Assembly (NCBI GenBank): GCA_964418085.1
Contig: CAYQKB010000002.1
Span: 1 to 45,329 of the forward strand
Reading direction: 5' to 3'
DNA from: an uncultured Candidatus Saccharibacteria bacterium
GTDB lineage: Bacteria; Patescibacteriota; Minisyncoccia; UBA6257; 2-01-FULL-56-20
DNA: 45,329 nucleotides
The stretch's first letter is position 1. Each line of letters starts with the position of its first letter. Positions 35,932 through 43,984 of the stretch are shown here, in pieces. Made by a program: the position numbers and the translations under genes. Below the pieces are notes generated by a model. That model searched no databases. It was not told the origin of the DNA and saw only the letters and a program-made list of their open reading frames with translations.

Positions 35932-35965
35932 AACCGCCTGGATTCCCGCCTGCGCGGGAATGACA
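35897..35965. repeat. MITE-like palindromic element, copy 4
   Basis: TGTCATCCTTGCGAAAGCGGGGATCCAAAATATAAAACCGCCTGGATTCCCGCCTGCGCGGGAATGACA. It overlaps the last 11 codons and the stop of the DHH gene. Confidence 0.8.
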
Positions 35966-35975
35966 AAATTAATTT

Positions 35976-36578
35976 ATGAAAAAGAATTTTTACGCATACG
36001 TTGTTCCCCGAAAAAAGCTGAAGGGTATCGCAAATAGTTGGGCTGAATGCGAAAGAATAGTGTCTGGCGAGTTCGGCGCCCGGTATCGGGGGTTTGCGAC
36101 AAGAGAAGAAGCCGAAGAATGGCTCCGGCTTGGGGCAAACTATGAAATTAAGTCCGTCAAAAAGCTGGAAAAGGGAATTTATTTCGACGCGGGCACGGGC
36201 AGGGGGAAGGGAGTTGAAATAAGCGTCACGGACGAAAAAGGTAAAAATTTGCTTCACAAAGCGCTTCATAAAAACGAACTCAATAAATTTTTAAAACATG
36301 AACTTGGCGATGAGGCGACAAATAATTTTGGCGAACTTTTGGCGTGCAAATATGCAATTGAAATCGCGATGAAAGAAGATGTAAGAAAAGTTTTTGGAGA
36401 CAGCAAGCTCGTAATCGAGTATTGGACGAAGTGGCACGTGAAAAAGGAAGTCGGTGAGGAGACATTTGAACTCGCCCGCGAAGTGGCGGGTCTCCGGCAA
36501 AAATTTGAAGAAGAGGGCGGGGAAGTAGTCCGTATCTCCGGCGACGACAATCCGGCGGATTTGGGATTTCATTCTTGA
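35976..36578 (+). CDS. rnhA: ribonuclease H1 with an N-terminal hybrid-binding (viroplasmin-like) domain
   Basis: N-terminal FYAYVVPRKKLKGIANSWAECERIVSGEFGARYRGFATREEAEEWL. The RNase H core has the acidic residues IYFDAGT, NNFGELLA, FGDSKLV and GDDNPADLG. Confidence 0.8.
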   Translation: MKKNFYAYVVPRKKLKGIANSWAECERIVSGEFGARYRGFATREEAEEWLRLGANYEIKSVKKLEKGIYFDAGTGRGKGVEISVTDEKGKNLLHKALHKNELNKFLKHELGDEATNNFGELLACKYAIEIAMKEDVRKVFGDSKLVIEYWTKWHVKKEVGEETFELAREVAGLRQKFEEEGGEVVRISGDDNPADLGFHS

Positions 36579-36648
36579 TTTTGATTTCAGGGAAAATAGG
36601 AATAGAATGGTTGGAATCGAAACTTGAAAACTTAACGAAAGGCAGATT

Positions 36649-36966
36649 GTGAAAATATCGAAAATTCCCAAAAACGCGATTCGCGGAAGTCTTGAAGAAT
36701 GTGCAAAGCAGTTGGTGGCTTACGAGCGGCAGCTAATTTTAGAGAGGCAAAATAGAAATTCAAGCCTTAAGATCACTCAATGGTTTATACCGAAAGAACA
36801 CCATGAGGATTGGGTTACATGGATGTACAACAAAATTGGCCGCGAGTTGAACAAGGCAGCCAAGAATCCGAAATATCGGGCTAGCATCATGCTGGATCGC
36901 CGCAAGCGAATCAAATTATTCCAGGTAGAATCAGACACGGTTGAAACCTTAACGAAAGGAAAGTGA
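36649..36966 (+). CDS. hypothetical small basic protein (tandem paralog A)
   Basis: 105-aa ORF with a GTG start. It shares AKQ[LI]V...[IL]LE[RK]...AKNPK.R.S[IV] with the next ORF. Confidence 0.4.
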   Translation: MKISKIPKNAIRGSLEECAKQLVAYERQLILERQNRNSSLKITQWFIPKEHHEDWVTWMYNKIGRELNKAAKNPKYRASIMLDRRKRIKLFQVESDTVETLTKGK

Positions 36967-37199
36967 TGAAAGCAAAAAAGAGACGAGAAATCGCAAAGCA
37001 GATTGTTGATTTTGGCCGCCGGGTGTTTTTAGAAAAATTGGCAATGGATTTCAAAACTCCGATGGTGACATCCTACATTTCCGAGGGCGAATACGAAGCT
37101 CGCATAGCGAGAGTTGAGCGGGCGATCGTGGAAGCGACGAAGAAGATCGCCAAGAATCCCAAACGCAGGGTAAGCGTTAAAGTACCCGTAGGCCCATAG
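36963..37199 (+). CDS. hypothetical small basic protein (tandem paralog B)
   Basis: 78-aa ORF. Its GTGATG start overlaps the stop of paralog A, suggesting translational coupling. Confidence 0.4.
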   Translation: MMKAKKRREIAKQIVDFGRRVFLEKLAMDFKTPMVTSYISEGEYEARIARVERAIVEATKKIAKNPKRRVSVKVPVGP

Positions 37200-37213
37200 G
37201 CAGTTCAAATTCA

Positions 37214-37255
37214 AAAGCCGCTCCGAACAAAATCGGAACGGCTTCTTGTTTTTTA
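37214..37255. terminator. bidirectional rho-independent terminator
   Basis: AAGCCGCTCCGA-ACAAAA-TCGGAACGGCTT followed by CTTGTTTTTT, with a T-run on the opposite strand as well. It lies between convergent ORFs. Confidence 0.65.
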
Positions 37256-37286
37256 TCGCCGCGGCGACCGTCCGCGTGCCGACTGG

Positions 37287-37931
37287 CTAGCCGTGCAGGG
37301 CGCGCACGATCGCGCGGGCGAGCTCCGCCGGGTCGGCGAGCCTTTTGAGCTGCTCGTCGAAGGTCGTGGGGAGTTTATGAAAATCCTCTTCGCGAACCTC
37401 GTTGGATCTGCCAAAGGGTACGACAGGAGGCAGGCACAGTTTGATTGCGGGATTCTCTGCCGCCTCTCCATACGCGAACTGAAACCTTTTCGAAAGGCAG
37501 ATTGCTGGCGACGGAGGAGGATCTGAAACGGTGCCAACCCATAGCACAAGCAGACGTGAATAATTTATGGCGTCCGGCCAGTTCCTCTCCGAGTTCAAGC
37601 CCCATTCACAAAAGACAAGCTCATGGAACGCGGAAGAATTTTTCCAAGCGTACTCAAGAGTTGAGGCCGCCTTCGAGAGAAGTGTTTTGATCTGCTCCGT
37701 TCTTTCACAGTTTTTCTTTTCCGTTGCCTCCTCACGCTCAATCTTTTCTCGCTCGCGCGTCGCCATTTCCAATTGGATGGTTGTGAGCTCATCGGCGATC
37801 ACCGCTCCAAGATTGAGGCAGAGATGATGATTAGCGAGGCCACTTTCAGTCACGGTTTTAAAGGCCGTGAGAGTTCCTTCTACTGTACCGGGTTCTTCGG
37901 GAATATTCTCTATTCGTGTCGTATCAGACAT
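37287..37931 (-). CDS. hypothetical protein
   Basis: 214-aa ORF with no motif recognised. The last 100-120 nt or so are markedly GC-rich compared with the rest of the gene. Confidence 0.45.
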   Translation of the reverse strand: MSDTTRIENIPEEPGTVEGTLTAFKTVTESGLANHHLCLNLGAVIADELTTIQLEMATREREKIEREEATEKKNCERTEQIKTLLSKAASTLEYAWKNSSAFHELVFCEWGLNSERNWPDAINYSRLLVLWVGTVSDPPPSPAICLSKRFQFAYGEAAENPAIKLCLPPVVPFGRSNEVREEDFHKLPTTFDEQLKRLADPAELARAIVRALHG

Positions 37932-38019
37932 ATTTTTCTCCGTGGTTACGAAGCGCGAAATTGGAAACGATATCCAAACGCCGCTTCTTTGTTAATTGAA
38001 CTGATTACTTTTTACCTTA

Positions 38020-38066
38020 AAAACAAAAAACCGGCAAATCAAAAGCCGTTCCAGTAGGAACGGCTT
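38020..38066 (-). terminator. rho-independent terminator
   Basis: On the minus strand, AAGCCGTTCC-TACT-GGAACGGCTT followed by TTGATTTGCCGGTTTTTTGTTTTT, 24 nt after the stop at 38090. Confidence 0.6.
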
Positions 38067-38089
38067 TGCATTTTGGACGAGCACCTAGA

Positions 38090-38287
38090 TTATTTTTTTT
38101 GGGCTTGTGGTTGGTTTTTCTGAGCAATCTGCCGTAACCCCGCCGCCTTACACGGGTACAGATTATCTGTTCCGGCGTCCATGAATTCGCCAAATGGACG
38201 TCTGTGAATTGAGGCGTCTCCAAGTGGCATTCCCATTTTGCAGTAGGGGCAAACAGTTTTGCATGCGGTTTCCAGATTAATATTCAT
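38090..38287 (-). CDS. hypothetical small Cys-containing protein
   Basis: 65-aa ORF (CKTVCPYC...C) with its own terminator. No SD-like purine run is evident upstream (TTATATTCATATG). Confidence 0.35.
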   Translation of the reverse strand: MNINLETACKTVCPYCKMGMPLGDASIHRRPFGEFMDAGTDNLYPCKAAGLRQIAQKNQPQAQKK

Positions 38288-38370
38288 ATTTGATTTTTTC
38301 TAAGCTAAAAATAGTGTATATCTTAATAAGTAAAAATTGCAAATTTTTGTTTTATATGATAAAACATATG

Positions 38371-38784
38371 GGCTGGTAATCAGGATGATTACTCTTTATT
38401 CGCAATCCATTCGATAAACTCAGGATTGCCCTGAGCGCAGTCGAACGGGCAAGGATAAAGGGAGGAAAGTCCGGACACTCGCTCTGGCTTCGGTTGGAGC
38501 AATTGTAGCGGCTAACAGCCGTCGTTCGTAAGAATAGAGGTGCGATCAGAAACGTCCCGAGGCGAAAGCCGAGGGAGGACCCCATCCCAAGCTTGTTGGT
38601 CCAGTTCCGCGATAGGGATAAAAAAGCGGAAATGAAACGGCTAAATCCTTACTGGGTGCAAGGTCGTGCCGAGCTCAGCTCGGAGAACCGCTCGAGCCCG
38701 CGAGCAATCAAGGGCCCAGACAAATTATCATCTCGTCGAGCTTAGCTCGACAAGACAGAATCCGGCTTACGGATTGCCAGCAGC
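38371..38784 (+). ncRNA. rnpB: RNase P RNA (bacterial type A)
   Basis: Universal P4 strands GGAGGAAAGTCCGGAC (about 38460) and ACAGAATCCGGCTTA (about 38755). P1 pairs GCTGGTAATC with GATTGCCAGC. A terminator follows. Confidence 0.9.
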
Positions 38785-38788
38785 TATA

Positions 38789-38818
38789 AGCTCCCGCAAG
38801 GGGGCTTTTGGTTTTTTT
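38789..38818 (+). terminator. rho-independent terminator of rnpB
   Basis: AGCTCCC-GCAA-GGGGGCT followed by TTTGGTTTTTTT. Confidence 0.7.
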
Positions 38819-38843
38819 GCTGTTGCCATAGAAAAGTAAGTAC

Positions 38844-41366
38844 ATGATAATTAGTAGAATGATTAATGAAACCGAACCTCAAGATTTATCCAAAAAAACG
38901 TCCCAAGAAATTCTTGCAGCTTTAAAAACCTCGCCAAGCGGCCTCTCATACGCCGAGGCAGCGCGGCGGTTAAAAATTTACGGCCGAAACGAGTTTGGAC
39001 AAAAAAAGAAAGCAAGTGCGCTTATATTATTTGCTACCCAGTTCAAAAGCCCGTTGCTTCTGCTTTTGATCGGCGCGGCGCTTGTCTCCGGATTCCTCGG
39101 TTCAAAGCTTAATTCGATTATCATCCTCGTCATTGTTGCCGCAAGTTCGATTATTGATTTTTTAAATACCTATAAATCCGGAAAAGCTGCCGCGAAGCTC
39201 GAAGAAAAAGTGCATATCACATCGGGCATAGTGCGCGAAGGAATTACGACCGAGCGGAATATCAAAGAAGTCGTGCCCGGCGATATTTTCACCATTGAGG
39301 CAGGGGATACCATTCCGGCTGACAGTATTTTGATTCAAAGCAAAGATATATTTATAAGCGAGGGCGTTCTCACGGGAGAGTCTATGCCGGTTGAAAAAGA
39401 TATTTCACATTCCGACAAATCTCTCTGGATGGGTACGAGTGTTGTTTCCGGAAGAGGGCTCGGGGTTGCGGTGCGTACTGGCTTAAAGACCCGCTTCGGC
39501 AGTATTCGCGAGAAGCTGGGCGAACCGGAAGAGGCGACGGAGTTTGACCGCGATCTCAAAGCATTCAGCTTCTTCATATTTAAGATAACAATTTTTTTGG
39601 TGCTCGCAATTATTCTTATTAATCTGGTGTTTGAAAGAAAAAATCCGCTCGACATTTTTCTCTTCGCCGTTGCCGTAGCGGTCGGCATCACTCCCGAACT
39701 GTTGCCGCTTATCATCACGTCGAATCTCGCGCGTGGTGCACTCGTGATGTCGAAGAAGGGAGTTATCGTCAAAAAACTTTCCGCAATCCACAATCTTGGA
39801 GGTGTGGATGTTATTTGCACGGATAAAACCGGCACGCTCACAGAGGATAAAATCGCACTTGTAAAATATGTCGACGGGAAGGGGGTGGAATCCGATGAGG
39901 TATTTATGTGGGGAGTGCTTGGAAGCGTTCACAGGACCGGCGTCGGCAATACGCTCGATAACGCGATTCAGGAGTTTAAAAAGATTGACGTGTCCGAATG
40001 GACAAAGCTCGACGAGCTCCCGTTTGATTCGGAGCGCCGCCGCGATTCCATTTCGGTAAGAAAGGGCAAGAAAGTTATGTTGATAGTGAAGGGCGCCCCC
40101 GAAGAAATATTCAAAATCTCGAACTTCTGCGGAGATAAAAAAACCAAGCTTACTAAAAAGCTGTTGGCAGAAATTGAAAGCGTCTATACGGGCTTGAGCG
40201 CCGACGGTTTCCGCGTTTTGGGCGTTGCGATTAAAGATATCGACGGCAAGGAGATATATTCGAAGGATGACGAGGATGCCATGACGTTCATGGGCTTTCT
40301 TGCGTTTCTTGATCCTCCGAAGAAAAGTGCAAAAAGTACACTCGAGCTTTTAAAAGAATATAACGTCGAGATTAAAATCATCACCGGAGATAACTACCTC
40401 GTAACAGAGAAGATCGCCCGTGAGCTAGATTTCAGGATTGTGGGCCGATGTACGGGCGAAGAAGTTGGGGCGATGAAGTTTGATGAGTTGAAGAAAAAAG
40501 TAGAAGAAATAAATGTCTTTACCCGCATATTGCCGGAACAAAAAGAATTGATCATTAAAGCGCTTCGTGAAAATGGGCATGTGGTGGGTTATCTTGGAGA
40601 CGGCGTGAACGACGCGTTGCCGCTTCGGGCGGCAGACGTGGGCATTTCCGTGAATAATGCGGTAGACATCGCAAAGGAAAACGCCGACATCATTCTGTTA
40701 CGCAAGGGGCTTCATGAAGTGATTGAAGGAATTATCGAAGGAAGAAAAAACTTTGCGAATACATTTAAATATTTGATGATGGTATTGAGCTCAAACTTCG
40801 GAAACATGTTTACAATGCCGCTTGCGTCGTTTTTTCTTCCGTTTTTGCCGATGACGCCGACCCAGATATTGCTCAACAACTTTCTCTATGATTCTTCGCA
40901 GCTCACCACGCCCATGGATGAGGTAGATAAGGAATTTTTGAAGCGTCCGAAAAAGTTTGATATTAAGTTCATGAAGAAATTTATGATCGTCTTCGGCCCG
41001 CTCAGCTCCACGTTCGACCTCCTCACGTTTTTGATATTACGGTCGCTCTACCTTTCGACTGCTGCATTTCAGACGGGATGGTTTCTTGAATCAATCGCCA
41101 CGCAGACGCTTGTGGTGTGGGTCTTTCGGACACGCGAAAATGTTTTCAAAAGTAAGGCGCATCCGCTCGTTGTAGGAAGCGCAATTGGTATTGTTCTCTT
41201 AGCATGGATACTGCCTTTTCTCGGCGCCGGACGTTTCTTTGGATTTACGCCGCTTAAAGTTGGCGCGCTGGCGCTGATAGTTGGAGTGGTGGCGCTCTAC
41301 CTTATTTCGGCAGAGTACATGAAAAAATATTTTTATAAACGATACGGAAATTTGATTGAAAAGTAA
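38844..41366 (+). CDS. mgtA: magnesium-translocating P-type ATPase
   Basis: 840-aa ORF. ICTDKTGTLT, TGDN, GDGVNDALPL, and LLNNFLYDSSQ typical of MgtA-type pumps. Confidence 0.85.
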   Translation: MIISRMINETEPQDLSKKTSQEILAALKTSPSGLSYAEAARRLKIYGRNEFGQKKKASALILFATQFKSPLLLLLIGAALVSGFLGSKLNSIIILVIVAASSIIDFLNTYKSGKAAAKLEEKVHITSGIVREGITTERNIKEVVPGDIFTIEAGDTIPADSILIQSKDIFISEGVLTGESMPVEKDISHSDKSLWMGTSVVSGRGLGVAVRTGLKTRFGSIREKLGEPEEATEFDRDLKAFSFFIFKITIFLVLAIILINLVFERKNPLDIFLFAVAVAVGITPELLPLIITSNLARGALVMSKKGVIVKKLSAIHNLGGVDVICTDKTGTLTEDKIALVKYVDGKGVESDEVFMWGVLGSVHRTGVGNTLDNAIQEFKKIDVSEWTKLDELPFDSERRRDSISVRKGKKVMLIVKGAPEEIFKISNFCGDKKTKLTKKLLAEIESVYTGLSADGFRVLGVAIKDIDGKEIYSKDDEDAMTFMGFLAFLDPPKKSAKSTLELLKEYNVEIKIITGDNYLVTEKIARELDFRIVGRCTGEEVGAMKFDELKKKVEEINVFTRILPEQKELIIKALRENGHVVGYLGDGVNDALPLRAADVGISVNNAVDIAKENADIILLRKGLHEVIEGIIEGRKNFANTFKYLMMVLSSNFGNMFTMPLASFFLPFLPMTPTQILLNNFLYDSSQLTTPMDEVDKEFLKRPKKFDIKFMKKFMIVFGPLSSTFDLLTFLILRSLYLSTAAFQTGWFLESIATQTLVVWVFRTRENVFKSKAHPLVVGSAIGIVLLAWILPFLGAGRFFGFTPLKVGALALIVGVVALYLISAEYMKKYFYKRYGNLIEK

Positions 41367-41392
41367 GAATATTTCACCCTAGAGTACGAAAC

Positions 41393-41421
41393 TTGAAAAT
41401 CTTTCAAGGGCAGGGTAGAAT
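41393..41421 (+). promoter_or_regulatory. sigma-70-like promoter, -35 TTGAAA / 17 nt / -10 TAGAAT
   Basis: Near-consensus hexamers with exact 17-nt spacing, about 120 nt upstream of the greA ATG. Confidence 0.45.
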
Positions 41422-41540
41422 GTGCCTACATGAATCCCGTTAGAAACTGTAACACCCGTGACCATTCAATATAAAGTAGTCAATTTAAGCGATAATCGCC
41501 TTGCTAGTCACAAGGCATTGATTTTAATTTTCTAAACGGG

Positions 41541-41996
41541 ATGAATAAATTTTATCTGACGAAAGAGCGGCTCGAGGAGATCAAAAAAGAAGTAGAAGAC
41601 TTAAAAAATAAAAAGCGCGTTGAGGTTGCGGAGCGTCTTCGGAGCGCAAAGGAATATGGTGATCTCTCTGAAAACGCCGAGTATGCGCAGGCGCGGGAAG
41701 AGCAGGCATCCGTGGAGACAAAAATTTTTGAACTTGAGGAATTGCTTCAGAAAGCATCAATCATACAAAAATCAGAAAGCAAGGTAGTACGGGTCGGATC
41801 AACCGTCACCGTTAAGAAGGGAGGTGAAACATTCCGATATTCGATAGTCGGCTCATATGAAGCAAAGCCGGAAGAGGGAAGAATTTCGGACGAGTCTCCA
41901 TTTGGTCGCGCGTTTATCAATCACGCCGCGGGAGAAACGATAACCCTCAAAGCTCCTTCGGGGCCGGTAGTGTATGAAATAATAAAAGTTGAATAG
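41541..41996 (+). CDS. greA: transcription elongation factor GreA
   Basis: LTKERLEEIKKEVEDLK...AKEYGDLSENAEYAQAREEQ, plus a C-terminal FKBP-like fold. Confidence 0.9.
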   Translation: MNKFYLTKERLEEIKKEVEDLKNKKRVEVAERLRSAKEYGDLSENAEYAQAREEQASVETKIFELEELLQKASIIQKSESKVVRVGSTVTVKKGGETFRYSIVGSYEAKPEEGRISDESPFGRAFINHAAGETITLKAPSGPVVYEIIKVE

Positions 41997-42027
41997 TCGG
42001 CCATAGTGCCGAATATATTTACACGGC

Positions 42028-43488
42028 ATGCTCGAAGATATTTTAGAAGAACGTCTCAAGAAATTAGCCCGCCTTAAAGAAGCGGGTATAGATGCGTATC
42101 CGCCTGTCGTAGAGCGGACACATGTCTCTTTGGAAGCTCATAAGAAATTCGAAGCGCTTAGTAAATCAAAAAAGGAAATATCTCTCGCCGGACGCCTCAC
42201 CTCTCTCCGCGATCAGGGGAATATTATTTTTGCGGATCTCACGGATGAGTCCGGCAAGATTCAAGTCGTTTTAAAAAAAGACAATCTGCCCGAGTTCAAG
42301 CTGTGGAAGTCAGCGCTCGACATCGGCGACTTTATTTCTGTGGCGGGCACACTCTTTACGACCAAAAAAGGTGAAGAAAGTCTGGAGGTTTTAAAGTTCA
42401 CCATCCTTACAAAATCCTTACGTCCGATTCCGAGCGAGCGCTATGGCATTGAAGACCCCGACGCACGCTTGCGAAAGCGCTATCTTGAGCTCCTCACAAA
42501 TCCCGACGCACGGGAACTATTCAAGAAGAAAACTATTTTTTGGGAAAGTATACGTGACTACCTAAAAAAAGAAGGATTTTTGGAAGTGGAAACTCCGGTA
42601 CTTGAAAATATTCCCGGTGGAGCGGAGGCGGAACCGTTTAAGACGCATCACAACGCGCTCGACACTGATTTTTATCTTCGCATTTCTCTCGAGCTTCCGC
42701 TAAAAAAACTATTGGTCGGTGGATACGAAAAGGTATTTGAAATAGGCCGCATTTTCAGGAATGAAGGAATAGATCGTGAACATCTCCAGGATTATACCCA
42801 ACTTGAATTTTATTGGAGCTACGCCGACTACAACGTTCTCATGGATCTTGTTGAGGATATGTACAAGACTGCAATCAAGAAAACGTGTGGCGGGCTTGTG
42901 ACCATGCGCGGCGACGAAAAAATAGATTGGAGTAAAAAGTGGAAAAAGATTGATTATGTCGAGCTTTTTAAAAAGGAAAATAAAATTGACCCGATTACCG
43001 CGACAGTCGAAGAGCTAAAAAAGCGGGCAATGGAATTAAAGCTTCAGCCCGAAAAAAATCAGAAAAATGCCGGCAAGGGGCGCCTTATTGATCTTATCTT
43101 CAAGCACACCGCGCGGCCAAAGCTCGTTGAGCCCTGTTTCTTGATTGATCCGCCGGTGGAAATTGAGCCCTTGGCAAAGCGGTCGCGGAAAAATCCGGCA
43201 TGCGTTGAGCGCTTCCAGGTGATGGCCGCGGGCACTGAGCTCGGCAAAGGATTTTCGGAACTGAATGACCCGGTTGACCAACGAGCTCGTTTTGAAGAGC
43301 AGATGAAGCTTCGCGAAGGAGGGGACAAAGAAGCGCAGCAGCTCGACGCCGACTTTTTGGAAGCGCTCGAGTATGGTATGCCTCCTGCGGCCGGCTTCGG
43401 CCTCTCCGAGCGTCTCTTCGCGGTTTTGATGGATAAGCCCGTCCGCGAAACGGTCATCTTTCCGCTCATGCGGCCTAAAAGTAATTAA
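42028..43488 (+). CDS. lysS: lysine--tRNA ligase (class II)
   Basis: OB-fold N-domain. Motif 2 RIFRNEGIDREHLQDYTQLEFY. Motif 3 GFGLSERLFAVL. Confidence 0.92.
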   Translation: MLEDILEERLKKLARLKEAGIDAYPPVVERTHVSLEAHKKFEALSKSKKEISLAGRLTSLRDQGNIIFADLTDESGKIQVVLKKDNLPEFKLWKSALDIGDFISVAGTLFTTKKGEESLEVLKFTILTKSLRPIPSERYGIEDPDARLRKRYLELLTNPDARELFKKKTIFWESIRDYLKKEGFLEVETPVLENIPGGAEAEPFKTHHNALDTDFYLRISLELPLKKLLVGGYEKVFEIGRIFRNEGIDREHLQDYTQLEFYWSYADYNVLMDLVEDMYKTAIKKTCGGLVTMRGDEKIDWSKKWKKIDYVELFKKENKIDPITATVEELKKRAMELKLQPEKNQKNAGKGRLIDLIFKHTARPKLVEPCFLIDPPVEIEPLAKRSRKNPACVERFQVMAAGTELGKGFSELNDPVDQRARFEEQMKLREGGDKEAQQLDADFLEALEYGMPPAAGFGLSERLFAVLMDKPVRETVIFPLMRPKSN

Positions 43489-43742
43489 GGACGACTCGCG
43501 CGCACGACTACGGGCGAAAACGGCCCATTTGAAAAAATTTAAAGAGATTATTACGATACCCACAGCCCACAAATTGTCTGCGCGCGGCAAAGGAATTCTC
43601 TGCACTAAAAATTTAATAATTTCGTCATTATTGAGTTTTTTGCGGGAAAAACCCACGAAGACAATTTTTAAACCCGCTCCGGCTGTTCCGGCGCGGGCTT
43701 CTTTCTTACAAATTATAAAATTGAGCGGCATAAAATTAAAAA

Positions 43743-43781
43743 GGAGCGGACACTAGTTGATAGAGCCGCTCCAGTTTTTTT
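43743..43781 (+). terminator. rho-independent terminator with no obvious upstream gene
   Basis: GGAGCGG, a 16-nt loop, CCGCTCC, then AGTTTTTTT. It lies 255 nt downstream of the lysS stop. Confidence 0.5.
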
Positions 43782-43923
43782 GCTCTACATTCCGTTGCTC
43801 CCTTTCGACAAGCATGTTAACCACAACAATGCTCATAGTTCGTATCGCTACGCACCGAGAACGATATTCAAGCAAAACCCTCCCTTCGGAACAAAAATTC
43901 TATCACGGCGTTTTGAAAAAGTG

Positions 43924-43961
43924 AAATCCCGCCGAGTCCATTGGACTCGTGGGATTCTTTT
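43924..43961. terminator. stem-loop, possible bidirectional terminator (downstream of dnaE on the minus strand)
   Basis: AATCCCGCCGAGTCC-ATT-GGACTCGTGGGATT with T-rich runs on both strands. Confidence 0.35.
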
Positions 43962-43984
43962 GAGGACAAGGTTTTATAAGGCAT

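Noticed and set aside
38352-38585. A 77-aa minus-strand ORF.
   Set aside because: It lies entirely within the RNase P RNA gene. The conserved GGAGGAAAGTCCGGAC block explains the sequence.
43036-43731. A 231-aa minus-strand ORF.
   Set aside because: Most of it is antisense to the well-supported lysS gene. Its composition is not protein-like.
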